Positions 35,055 to 45,835 of a stretch of DNA of 64,000 bases are shown here, piece after piece. Every line of letters begins with the position of its first letter. The stretch's first letter is position 1. The notes under the pieces are model-generated. The model was given only the letters and a program-made list of their open reading frames with translations. It had not been told where the DNA came from and searched no databases. Position numbers and translations under genes: made by a program. Origin of the DNA: Tetramitus jugosus (Eukaryota; Protista; Heterolobosea); the NCBI GenBank assembly GCA_937625935.1, contig OW569368.1, positions 310,001 to 374,000 on the forward strand, in the 5' to 3' direction.

Positions 35055-36607
35055 CTACAACTCTAAATGAGTTGTATCGAAGACGACTGGATGTACCTCC
35101 AAATTTTTCAGGTTGACCAACACGATCAACCCTGTTTCTACAAAACTTGGGAGAGAAATGAATCGAACCTTCTTTGAGCCTTCTTGCAGAAGTTTTGTGT
35201 CGAACTGAGGTTGATTGCCAGCAAAGTACACATGAGGCGTCAGTGAGACAATGAACGGATCGCTGTCATAGAATGGATAGCAATTCAATGTGTCTGGGGC
35301 AGTTGGAGCCATGTGACTCCATCTCAATGTGTTTTCCATGAGTTCAAGTGTGTCAGTCTGACTGGAATAGAGTTTCAAATCAGATATCGCTTGTCCGGAT
35401 GTACCTAAAAAGCTGTAAAATCGATTGTGTCAGCAAACAAGTCCATTCCTTGAACAATTAAATGAATAACTTACTCTACCCCTGATAATTGGAAAGTATA
35501 GGGATTTGTCACAAGATGACATGTCGTTAATTGAGACGATTTAGGAAGCATACTTGGATGCAATGGTTGTTGAGGTAAACTTGTGTTTGAGGGATCAAAC
35601 TCTCCTGGCATCACATCGACATGAACTGAATAGGCTAATTGTTCGATTAATCGATCAACTGCTTTTGAGGGCTCAACCAAGGAAGCACGTTCGACTGGTC
35701 TTAAACTACCTCTCACATCAAAAAGCTTCTTACTCGATACATCTTGCCAAACGGAATCACCAGTGATAACTACCCGAGAAATCTTGGAAATAATTTCCTT
35801 TTGCTCAGTTTCACAACAGAGAGCTCCAGTCAAATAGTCAACCAAATTTTGTGTGTTCTGCAAGCTGAATTGTGGATGACCGACACACAATCCACTGACA
35901 AAAGCAACATATTGATCCTCATGAGAGTCGCTAAATGGATTTTGAGTGGCTAGCTCAGAGAAAATGGTGTCTTCAACCATAAAATGTCCCAATTCGTTCA
36001 CTGATCCATACACGGCAACGATGATGCCAGTGACTAACTGATCCACTTGTTCCTTGTGCGTTTGACCCTTCTTGTTCTCTTGGAAAACTAGAGTGACTCT
36101 TCCCGAAACATCCTCGAGCACAATCGAATCATCAGCTGACACTCTACTGCCATTGCTTGCCTCACTTTCACTAAAATCCTTTATGTCGGATCGTTCTAGC
36201 GTGTACTCTTGCAGAATATTAGGCTTCAACTTCATGTCTTTGAACACGGTACCTACAACAATGTACTTTTTTGTTGTATTATGTTCATCATACTTGAGTT
36301 CTAATACTCTGGATGCCAACGTAGCATCTTGATGCAATTTCGTTGCTCTTTGTTGTAACTTGGGCTTCAATTGCTTTAGTCTCAAAAAGTATAGATTAGA
36401 GAATTGTTGAGAAAATGTCTTCTTTTTCACGAGGAATAAATCTTTGGCTTGTGTGCTGTATTTTGTTTCAGCATCAGGGGCGCGAGTGAACACTGTGGGT
36501 AATTCGTTCAACTCTGCCCCACTTCCAGTGATGAGCGAGCATGATTCTTTGTTAATCTTGTTCTTGTCAAATCTCCTGGGATCAGGAAGTTCTATCTTGC
36601 TGCTCAT
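35055..36607 (-). CDS. POLD2: DNA polymerase delta subunit 2; exons 36607-35475, 35412-35055
   Basis: QQFSNLYFLRL, LEDVSGRV, MPGEFDPSNTSLPQQPLHP, (D)FLGTSGQ across intron 35413-35474, HMAPTAPDTLNCYPF..DPF...PHVYFAGNQ. Confidence 0.95.
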
Positions 36608-36668
36608 TTTGTGTTGTTATTGATTGTTTTTTAGTTCTTGTTTTTGCAAGAATTGACAACGTTTTTGA

Positions 36669-36688
36669 GCGGGAAATTATTTGGCGGG
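36669..36688. promoter_or_regulatory. Paired E2F-like sites upstream of POLD2
   Basis: GCGGGAAA (TTTCCCGC on the minus strand) and TTTGGCGGG, 60-80 bp upstream of the POLD2 ATG. Confidence 0.5.
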
Positions 36689-36699
36689 AGCTGAATGCT

Positions 36700-38215
36700 T
36701 TATTCGTTCGTAATTACGGTTAGATCACATAATTTTCCCCTTTGTTGAGTGGCAAGTAACTTGGTGGATAAGTTGGTATGCATCTTTGAAACACTGTACA
36801 ATAAAGTGTGGAAACCAGTTTTAGCACAGGCCACACGAAGTTCACTGTAAAACGAATCAAGAGACATTCTTGGCAGTCGAACTTCACTGAAGTCGTTCTC
36901 ACTTGGTTGTGTTGCATTGAACCTGGTAGAACTAAAGGTCAAAATCGTCAGTAGCCGCAACACAAAGAAACTTACAAACATAAGATACATACCTTCTCTC
37001 ACCACACGCATAGACTTTCCCCTCCTTTGTAGTAAACACTGTAAAGTTAGATCCACAACTGTAATCAAGCACAGTTCCAAGTGATAGAGGAATCTGAGTG
37101 ACAATTGATTGTATATACACGACAGGAAGTCCCAGAGCCCCATGAGAATTCTCTCCACAACCATAAAAATTGTTTGACTCTGTTCGAAACACTGTAAAAC
37201 AGCTACCACACTTTGCTTCCACAAGTTTCTCAGATTCAGGAATTCCAGTGACCAAAGCAGGACTTACTACATTGCCCGGTGAAGAAGAATTGTAACCGCA
37301 CTGACCATGATGGTTATAACCCCAGGAATATGCAGCTCCGCTCTCCGTGATCACTATTGAGTGCCATTGACCACATTCTGCACTCTTAATCGCCACCGAC
37401 CCATCTAAATCAGGGTGATCCACTCTTTGAGGCATTAAACTTTGTTGTCCCTGATGCCCCTGACCGAGAGATCCAAATGCGCAATACCCTGATGAATACA
37501 CACAATTATCAACTGTGACAAACACAGTATGATATGCGCCAGGTGCAACATACTTCAACTTTTTGCCTCCGATACTCTGCAACTTTTCTACGCCATAAAT
37601 ATTCTTTGCTCCAGTATCTACTCCACACTCACCATGAAGGTTGTACCCTGCAGCATAGACACATCCATAACCTTCACTAATGAAAAAGGAGTGAATATTT
37701 CCACACTTTGTCTCGACTATATTACAATTGGTCAACTCTGGTATCAACGTCACTTGTTCCACAATGGACACAGAATCAGGCATTGCACAACCACCACTCG
37801 AATTATTACCACAGCAAAACACACGCCGATGATTGGTCACAAACAGTGAATGATTCTCACCACCAGAGGCATTGATTATGTATTCACTCGGTGCCAAAAT
37901 CTCATTCTCTGATGAGAATTCTTCTCCGACAGAACCGTATTGTACAACTTGAGCAAATGTGGTCACACGCTCTGATCTTATCCCATTGGACGAATCATTG
38001 GTCAGATAACGGTCCAGATCACCAATATGTGAATAGTAGGATCGATTGAACCCGGTTTGATGGTGAGTGGTGTAGCCACCACCGAAAACATTCAGATGTC
38101 TCTCGATTTTGTTGCTTGCTGACAACATATTTCGATTGATGTGTGAGTTTGGTTTTTTTATTTCTGTAAAAAAGCTTCTTCTGCTCGTTTGAATGAATTG
38201 CCCTTTCTGCTGCAT
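36700..38215 (-). CDS. RCC1-repeat protein; exons 38215-36993, 36922-36700 (start uncertain)
   Basis: Repeated GxxHS/T...YxxGxNxxGxxG RCC1 blades; intron 36923-36992 joins the C-terminal ORF. Confidence 0.85.
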
Positions 38216-38351
38216 ATCAAAAGAATTCAACCATGAATCATTCTTCGGGTGTGTGCTATTGAGTGAGGTACCTTTTTGACACCGCTCAAACTTCGGACAA
38301 ACGCTGCATTACAGAACAAAGAAGGAATTGAAATTAACATCAGTGATCAGA

Positions 38352-39164
38352 ATGTCTTCCAGTGTTGACGTAACGCCAATGGGAGAAGAAAAATCTCTGG
38401 AAGAGCTTCAGAGAGAGCTTGAGATGCTTAAGAATATGAAGATCCTCCCTCCTCCTGATGAAGTATCCCTCACGGTAGATGACCCAAGATTTAAGAAGAA
38501 GCAAGCAGAAAAGTTGAGAATGCAAGAAGAAATTAAACAATTAGAGAGATCGATGATTGTTGTTCCTGAGGAACCCACAAAGGCAAGAAGTTGGATCATG
38601 GACTCGAATGGAAGTTTATTGGACTTTAATCTGACACACCTCCGAATGGATCTTATCTTTCGCTTGAAGAATGATTGTTTATTTAGCTTCGAAGAGTGTA
38701 GGCATATGGTCAAAGAAATTTTGTTCGTGCAACAGAAACAAGCAAAAATTGACTTTAAAAACTTAATGTTCTTATCCAGTTTCAGAAATGATCAGTGTTT
38801 CCCACAGCCAGTTCGATCTGATTATCTCGGAAAGAATGGAATCGATGGATTTCAAGATACTCCAGAAGTTCAACACTTGCTCTCTGACACAATCCCGAGT
38901 CTTGATGAAGATTTACTTCGTTCAGATTTCCAGAAGATGTCACTCGCATCGACCATTCCGATTCTGAAACCCAAAGCAAAGCTCCACCAATTGCTTGCTC
39001 ATGTAAATCGTTCTCTTGTTAAGCTCATCGATAACGGTCTCAGACAGAGGAAGGAAAGATTATTGCTTCAGGCTACGATCCTCTCTGAATTAGAACAGAG
39101 CAACTCTCTTGTAACATACCTACGATACGAAGGCTTTCCAAAGAAGAAACAAGCAAGCAAATAA
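38352..39164 (+). CDS. Hypothetical coiled-coil protein
   Basis: 270-aa ORF with no recognised motif. Confidence 0.65.
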   Translation: MSSSVDVTPMGEEKSLEELQRELEMLKNMKILPPPDEVSLTVDDPRFKKKQAEKLRMQEEIKQLERSMIVVPEEPTKARSWIMDSNGSLLDFNLTHLRMDLIFRLKNDCLFSFEECRHMVKEILFVQQKQAKIDFKNLMFLSSFRNDQCFPQPVRSDYLGKNGIDGFQDTPEVQHLLSDTIPSLDEDLLRSDFQKMSLASTIPILKPKAKLHQLLAHVNRSLVKLIDNGLRQRKERLLLQATILSELEQSNSLVTYLRYEGFPKKKQASK

Positions 39165-39209
39165 AGCTGCCTCAGTTTTTCTCTGGACAGAAACAAAGCA
39201 AAGAAAAAA

Positions 39210-40703
39210 ATGAAACACAAATCCTATCATGTCACGCACTATGATTTATCGTTTGATTTTGGAGCTCAATGTTCTTCATTGAGCCAGGTGACAAAGAATC
39301 CCTACTGTGGTCGGGTTGATGTGAACTTTCGGATCGAAGAAGAATGCAATGAATTTCAACTCCACGCAAGTCCCATTCACTTGCATATCCAGGGTGTCAA
39401 GCTTGAGCAAAACCGCAAATCGATAGAATGCACGTTCCATCAAATAGCTCCAGCAACATCATCTCCTCCAAACAGCGAAGCTTCCTCGAGCAAAAACAAG
39501 AAGAAAAATAGTGGCGCCAAAAGCAATGCATCCAAAAAGAGCGCCAAAACAAGTAGCTCAAGTGATGAGCTGTCAACTGGTGGTAGTACTAGTAGTGCAG
39601 GCATGACGCTAGATGACTCTATTGTCACCATATCAACAAAAAACGGCGATAAGCTATCGATTGGTAAAGCGAAGCTAACGATTTCGTTTATCAGCAGGAA
39701 ACCTGTACCTCTTTCCTCTGATGCTCTCACTGGACTGTATTATTGCAAGGGATCTGATCTTATGCAAACGCATTTTGAGCCTCAATTTGCGCATACAGTG
39801 TTTCCCTGCATTGACACATTTGAAGCCAAGGCTACCTTTGCTCTTACATTAACAAATGTGCCTCGTGAGAAGCCATACATGTATGTTTCAAATGGTTCAC
39901 TTGAGAGACAAATGACAGGAGGCAGTAAATCGACGGCAACTGTCGTATTCAAGATTTCGCCCATCATGGCTCCATACTTGCTCTACTTTGGTATTGCTTC
40001 CTTTAGCTCTCTGGAGTTTCAGTACAATAATCAAGTACCCATGAGAGTACTATATCAGAATCAACCAACAGTCAACTCTGCTATCGCACTCTTTGTTCAA
40101 GAAACATGCTTGAAGGCCATGCCCATTCTGGAAGACTTGTTTGATTATACGTATGCCGAAGTGAGTGAAAAAATTGATCTCTTGTTGGTGCCTGAGAGTA
40201 TATTTGGTGGCATGGAACATTGGAACTGCATAACGTTGCATGCAACAGAATCTGGCATTGGAATGTCAGATCGTAAGAAACAAAAGGAAAAGCAAGATGC
40301 ATTCCTAGAGCTCATTGTGCATGAGTTGGCTCATTTCTTTGTGGGCAATCTCGTTGGTTTCCCAATTCACATCAAGGAAGGACTGGCTCAATACTACGAA
40401 AAGACAATTGCCGATGTGATGCTTGGCAGAGGTCCTTCGTTTAATTTGAACAACACTGACACTTCACTCGTTCTCAACGTGGAGAGCAACAAACGCATGA
40501 AGGACTCAGACTCGAAATCAATCCAACAACAAATGTCGGACATGTTCAACGGAATGAGCTATGCTGCGAGCTTGAATTCGTTGCTTGACATCATTCGAAG
40601 AATTGGCGTCGAACGGTTCAAGACACAAATGCAACAACTATTGAGAGAGCACACCAATGGGTACATGAGTCAGGAAGAATTTTTGCACTTTTTACTGTCA
40701 TAA
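39210..40703 (+). CDS. Peptidase M1 family aminopeptidase (short form, no ERAP1-like C-terminal domain)
   Basis: HYDL, THFEP..AHTVFPCID, GGMEHWN (GAMEN variant), HELAH...EG, SY catalytic Tyr region. Confidence 0.85.
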   Translation: MKHKSYHVTHYDLSFDFGAQCSSLSQVTKNPYCGRVDVNFRIEEECNEFQLHASPIHLHIQGVKLEQNRKSIECTFHQIAPATSSPPNSEASSSKNKKKNSGAKSNASKKSAKTSSSSDELSTGGSTSSAGMTLDDSIVTISTKNGDKLSIGKAKLTISFISRKPVPLSSDALTGLYYCKGSDLMQTHFEPQFAHTVFPCIDTFEAKATFALTLTNVPREKPYMYVSNGSLERQMTGGSKSTATVVFKISPIMAPYLLYFGIASFSSLEFQYNNQVPMRVLYQNQPTVNSAIALFVQETCLKAMPILEDLFDYTYAEVSEKIDLLLVPESIFGGMEHWNCITLHATESGIGMSDRKKQKEKQDAFLELIVHELAHFFVGNLVGFPIHIKEGLAQYYEKTIADVMLGRGPSFNLNNTDTSLVLNVESNKRMKDSDSKSIQQQMSDMFNGMSYAASLNSLLDIIRRIGVERFKTQMQQLLREHTNGYMSQEEFLHFLLS

Positions 40704-40747
40704 CAACAAATCAACAAAAGTATTGCCTTTAGCTTATTTACATATAT

Positions 40748-41274
40748 TTACTCCATGTCAAATAGCTCATCATCTCCACCATCGATATTCTTGTCATCTT
40801 CATCTTCGTCATCCATGATACCTGAACCATTGACTTGTGCGTCAACTGCACGGCGCTCAAACTCTTCATCATCAATGTCGTCTTCATTGTTTTGTGTTGT
40901 TGTCACTTGAGGAACAGTGTCTTCTGCCTTTTGTTTTGTTACACCAGGAATCACTGGCAAATTGAATGGCTTTTGGAATGTTTCAGGTGTTGCACGCAAA
41001 GAAAGCAACATATCTCTCCTGTAGACACGTCTTGTACCTGCATGATCATGATGTTTTGTTGGTTAGTAATCGTCATCGTGCTTTTTTTTTGGGTAGCTCA
41101 TGCCATTTTTGTGGCCACAAATGAAATTCACAAAATCAAAATGATTGAGAATGTGTGACGACACATACCACCAGGTGTAGTACCATAGATGGAACCACCA
41201 ACTGATTGACAAATATCAAGCAAATCAATGGTTTCTCCCTGCTTAGTCTTTATTGGTATAGCTTTTGTGTTCAT
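40748..41274 (-). CDS. EIF4EBP: eIF4E-binding protein (4E-BP); exons 41274-41169, 41037-40748 (131 aa)
   Basis: Spliced product MNTKAIPIK...SVGGSIYGTTPGGTRRVYRRDMLLSLRATP...ELFDME contains the TPGGT motif, the YxxxxLL 4E-binding motif and a C-terminal TOS-like FDME. Intron 41038-41168. Confidence 0.9.
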
Positions 41275-41648
41275 TATGTTTTTTTTGTTGAAAAAGGCTT
41301 ATTGTTGTTGTTGTTATAAGTTATGTATATGTACAGGAGCGACAAATTCTGATCCAATATCGAACGAGGATGATGCTGGTGACTTGTTCACAAGTGAAAA
41401 AAATGTTTGTTGTTGTGGTTTTCTGTGGCGACGCTTTTTTGTGGCGTTAGTGGCGGTCAATTGATTTGGCGGGGAAAGGTCTCCCCGAAAGGATTTGGAA
41501 CAAAACGGCCTGTTGCCATAGGTGTGAGCGACGACCAGCTGGGAAATCAACAATTTCAGCACTTCATGAGCCCATGAAACGCACGCAACCAAACTAAAAT
41601 TCTCCAAATATTTTCGGGGTCAGAATCATAGATCAGTGATAATATCAA

Positions 41649-41721
41649 GGGGTCATGGCTCAGTTGGTAGAGCGCGTGCTTTGCATGCATGAGGTCCAGG
41701 GTTCGATTCCCTGTGGCTCCA
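41649..41721 (+). tRNA. tRNA-Ala(UGC), intact and intronless
   Basis: Full cloverleaf: GGGGTCA/TGGCTCC acceptor with G3:U70, D arm GCTC/GAGC, anticodon TGC, T arm CAGGG TTCGATT CCCTG, then TTTTT. Confidence 0.97.
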
Positions 41722-41950
41722 TTTTTCTAGCGGAGGGTGTCTTCGGCCGAAGAGTTGCGGACTTTGGAAACCCGAGTGAGTATTACTTCATAATCTGGTT
41801 GTTGAGCGACGGAAGAAAGAACTCCGTTCACCATGATGAAAGGTTAACCTATTTTAATTCTTCCAATTTGGCGGAATTCATGCCAACTCCTCACTTCGTT
41901 ATTAAGAATCGCGTGATTACCTGAAACACAATATAATCTGTAGCAACCAT

Positions 41951-43495
41951 ATGTTTGGTACTCGAAAGTTATCCAGCAGTCTCAAGCGAGAGTCATCTTG
42001 GCAAAATGGAAGTCCCCTCAAGAAGTATCCGGTTGTGGATCCAGAGGAAGAGGATAATGCCATTTATTATCAACAAGCACACCAACTCATCAATACAAGT
42101 TGTTCTAGTCCAGAGGTTGGATCTGACACAATAATCAATACAAGAGGAAGGAACAAGAGAATTGCACGGAGACACAGGAACAATTCAAAACAGCCATCCA
42201 TGATCATGGGTATCCTTATGATTGTGGTTGGAGTGCTGCATTGCTGTTTGTGTGGAGGAATGATATTTGGATGGGCTCCAGTGGAGATCATGCTCTTGAG
42301 GGAGGGTCTATACAAGCACAAGTGTGCCCCAGGCGAAGCTATCCCTTGTCCTGAGCAAACCTACACATTGGGATTGATATTTACCTTTGCCTCTGTTGTA
42401 ATCAATGTGTTCCAGATTGTGAGTGGCACGATGTTGGATCGCATGGGACCCAAGTTGACAACAATGACCTTTTCATTCATATTTGGTCTTGGTATGCTCT
42501 TGTTCGGGTTTAGTAACGACACTAACTTTCAAGCATTCATACCTGGTTATTTATTGATGGCAATTGGAGGTCCTCCCATTCTGAACTCGTGTCTGCATAT
42601 GAGCAACTTATTCCCAAAGTACATGTCCACACTCAAGTCTGTGTTTGGTGGTTGTTTTGGTACATCTGCTTTGGTTATGTTTGCGTTTGAGTACTTCTCT
42701 GAAAAGTATCACCTCACCCGAAGGAGCTTGTTCTTTGGATACTTACCTGTAGTCATATTTGTGGGTGTTTCAGCTTGTTTCCTGTGGCCTCACAAACCAT
42801 ACACTGTCCCAAGAAAGCAGATGAAAAATGTAGTTCAGTCGAAGTTAGAGTCTCATTCACCCCATAAGGGCAAGAACTTTTTCAGACAGTTCTTCACAAT
42901 GGAAATCATTGGCACTATATTGGTGGTGTCCTTGGGAGTTGTTAGACTCAATTATTTTGCAGAAACAATGGTACAACAACTTCAAAGAAAGGGAGATTCA
43001 CATAATGTCTATGCCAAGGCTTTTAGTATCATCTCACCGCTTGGCTTCCTGGGAATACCGATCATGGGATTCATACTGGACAAGTTTGGCCTTGTTCCTG
43101 CCTTTATTTTTGCAAGTTCCACTCAGCTCGTATACAATGGGTTGATTTTATTGCCTTTTCTTCCTCCTCAGGTAATCACATTCCTCGTCTTTTCAGTTTC
43201 AAGACCATATCTCTACGCTCCAGAGTATGCATTGATCAGTAATGTGATGGGATTCCAGAACTTTGGTAAACTTGTGGGTGCTTGTAACTGTATGATTGGT
43301 ATTTTGAGTACTTCAGAGTTTGGAGTTCTGAAGATCTACTCTGAGTTTTTCAAAGGGAATCCAACGCACTTGAATTGGATCTTCCTGGGACTGGGATTTT
43401 TGACCTATGTATTTCCCCTGTGTCTCTTCATACGAACCAAACGAATAGAGAGGCGAATATCGGATGAAAACAAGGATATTCAAATCAATCCATGA
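41951..43495 (+). CDS. MFS transporter, SLC43 (LAT3)/FMP42-like
   Basis: GGMIFGWAPVEIMLLREGLY..C....C.EQ...LGLIFT, GTMLDRMGPK, GFILDKFG, FGKLVG; about 12 TMs. Confidence 0.88.
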   Translation: MFGTRKLSSSLKRESSWQNGSPLKKYPVVDPEEEDNAIYYQQAHQLINTSCSSPEVGSDTIINTRGRNKRIARRHRNNSKQPSMIMGILMIVVGVLHCCLCGGMIFGWAPVEIMLLREGLYKHKCAPGEAIPCPEQTYTLGLIFTFASVVINVFQIVSGTMLDRMGPKLTTMTFSFIFGLGMLLFGFSNDTNFQAFIPGYLLMAIGGPPILNSCLHMSNLFPKYMSTLKSVFGGCFGTSALVMFAFEYFSEKYHLTRRSLFFGYLPVVIFVGVSACFLWPHKPYTVPRKQMKNVVQSKLESHSPHKGKNFFRQFFTMEIIGTILVVSLGVVRLNYFAETMVQQLQRKGDSHNVYAKAFSIISPLGFLGIPIMGFILDKFGLVPAFIFASSTQLVYNGLILLPFLPPQVITFLVFSVSRPYLYAPEYALISNVMGFQNFGKLVGACNCMIGILSTSEFGVLKIYSEFFKGNPTHLNWIFLGLGFLTYVFPLCLFIRTKRIERRISDENKDIQINP

Positions 43496-43699
43496 GATCC
43501 TATGACGCACAGTTTCACTCTCACTAATTGGTAAGATTGGTAAGATTATACAATGAACAGCAGCATCCAAACCAAGATTGATGTTCAAAGTTGTAAAGCG
43601 CCGAAAAAAAAATTCTCTTGCGACACAGTTTTCACACATTTCCCGTCTTCACCCAAATCAAACATAATCACCAACAACTCCACACAACAACCATACAAA

Positions 43700-45816
43700 A
43701 TGACGTCTTATCAACCCACACAAAGTGAGATCTTAAATTATGACCCAAATGAACAGTTCACATACCCTGAACCTTCATTCAAACTGAATAAAAGCTTAGC
43801 CAACGTGTTAGCTATTGACAATCTTCCACTCACAGAGGCATCAAAGGCCGAAAAGATGAGTGCTGTCATACAAAAGGTCTTTGAGAAGAAGGCCAGTATT
43901 GTTCCAATTGATTTCTATATGCCGATCGATGAAGCAACAGGACAAACGAAAGGGTACGCTTTTTTTTTCACGTCTTTTTTCACCAAGCTCTTTTTTTTTT
44001 GATTGCTAACAATCACAATCACACACAATCACTATCCAATCAACACAATCACACACATGATAGATTTGCATTTGTTGAATTCGCTACACCTACACAAGCA
44101 AAGTCTGCTCTTGAAAAAGTGCAAGGATTTGCTTTCACAAAGAAGAATGATCTAGTATTGTACAGTGTGAGTGACTGGGAAAAGTATGAAACTTTTGATG
44201 AGAATACCGTTGAGAAACCAACTGCCGAACCATTCAAAGAACAAGAAGACTTGTCCACATGGCTCTCTGATGAACAAGCGAGAGATCAATATGCCATCAA
44301 ACATCACGATACAGTTCAAGTGCTATGGAATGACCCTCATCACAAACTTGTCAATGTTCATTCAAGAGAACACTGGACAGATGATGCAATCATGTGGTCA
44401 CCACAAGGATCCTATCTCGTTACATTCCACAAGAAGGGTCTCGCTCTTTGGGGAGGTGAAAATTGGAAGATTCAATCCTCCTTGTCATTCAAAAATGTTC
44501 GCTTGTGCCACTTTTCACCAAATGAAAAGTATGTTGTTGCCATGAATGATGATCCAAGAGACAATGTTGCTATTTTCGATGTGAGGACCAAGAAGAAGGA
44601 AATTTTCACTGCAAACGACATTATTGCCCGTTTGCCAGAGGGAAGATGGCCAGTTTTCCACTGGAGTTATGACTCAAAGTATTTTGCTCGCTTGGGTGGT
44701 GATGATGAGTTGGAAGTGTACGAGTCTTCGACAATGAAACTCTTGGGAGGAAAGCCATTGCGCATTGATGGTATTCAAACATTCTCCTGGTGTCCAAACA
44801 AGAACATCATTGCTTATTGGTCCCCTGAATACAATGGTATTCCAGCCAAGATTGCCTTGATGGAAATACCAAAGTTGAGAGAAGTGAGAAGCAAGAACTT
44901 GTTCAAGGTGTTGAATGTTCAAATGGTATGGCATCCAGATGGTGACTACTTGAGTGCAGCTGTGGACAGTGAAGTGGTTAAGAAGTCTGTCAAGGTGAAG
45001 CAGACGACACTCGAACTCTTCAGAATGAACCAAAAGGGTGTTCCAGTTGAAGTTCAAGAAGTCAAGGAAACGCTCATCACTGTGGCATGGGAACCAAAGG
45101 GTGACCGATTTGCCATCATTCATGGTGACCAGCAGTTGAAGAAGCACGTTTCATTCTACACAATGAATGGTCCAAATCAAAGCTGCAAATTGCTCAAGAT
45201 GCTTGAGCCAAAGCAAGTCGACAGTCTGTTCTGGTCTCCTCGTGGTATCAACCTCGTTGTTGCCAACACAAAGTCTAGCACTGCCACTCTGGAATTCTGG
45301 AATGCTGATTCACTTGAGCCAATTGGTTATGGTGAGCACTTTGGTATGACGAATGCCAGCTGGGATCCAACTGGTAGATACTTCTGTACTTATGTCAGTG
45401 CTCACAAGCGTGCTGCTGATCTTGGTTTCATCATTTGGACTTTCTTGGGACGTACTCTTCACAAGAACAACATTGATATGTTGTATGAGTTCCACTGGCG
45501 CCCACGTCCACCTACTCTGCTGACTCCAGTACAAGAGAAGAAGGTCAAGAAGAACTTTAGAGAACTTGCCAAGCAAATCGAAAAAGAAGTTAAGGCTAGA
45601 GATGAGAAGGTTAAGGAAGGCTTGCTTAAGGAACGCCAAGAACAATGGGACGAATTTATGGAATTCTTGGCTCGTATCAAGGAAGAATATGCTGAGATGA
45701 AGGAAGAAAGAGCCAAGATTAGAGGTTATGAAAGTGACGAAGACGAATGGTATGACATCAAGGAAGAAACAGTGGAACAAGTTGTTGAAGTCATTGAAGA
45801 AGAAGTCACCAATTAA
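43700..45816 (+). CDS. EIF3B: Eukaryotic translation initiation factor 3 subunit B; exons 43700-43953, 44064-45816
   Basis: RRM RNP1 TKGFAFVEF is formed across intron 43954-44063; beta-propeller WSPQGSYL, WDPTGRY, WRPRPPTLL. Confidence 0.95.
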
Positions 45817-45835
45817 ATGCTCATCTTTTATAGTT

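Noticed and set aside
41655-41924. 89-aa ORF starting MAQLVERVLC
   Set aside because: It is a translation of the tRNA-Ala gene.
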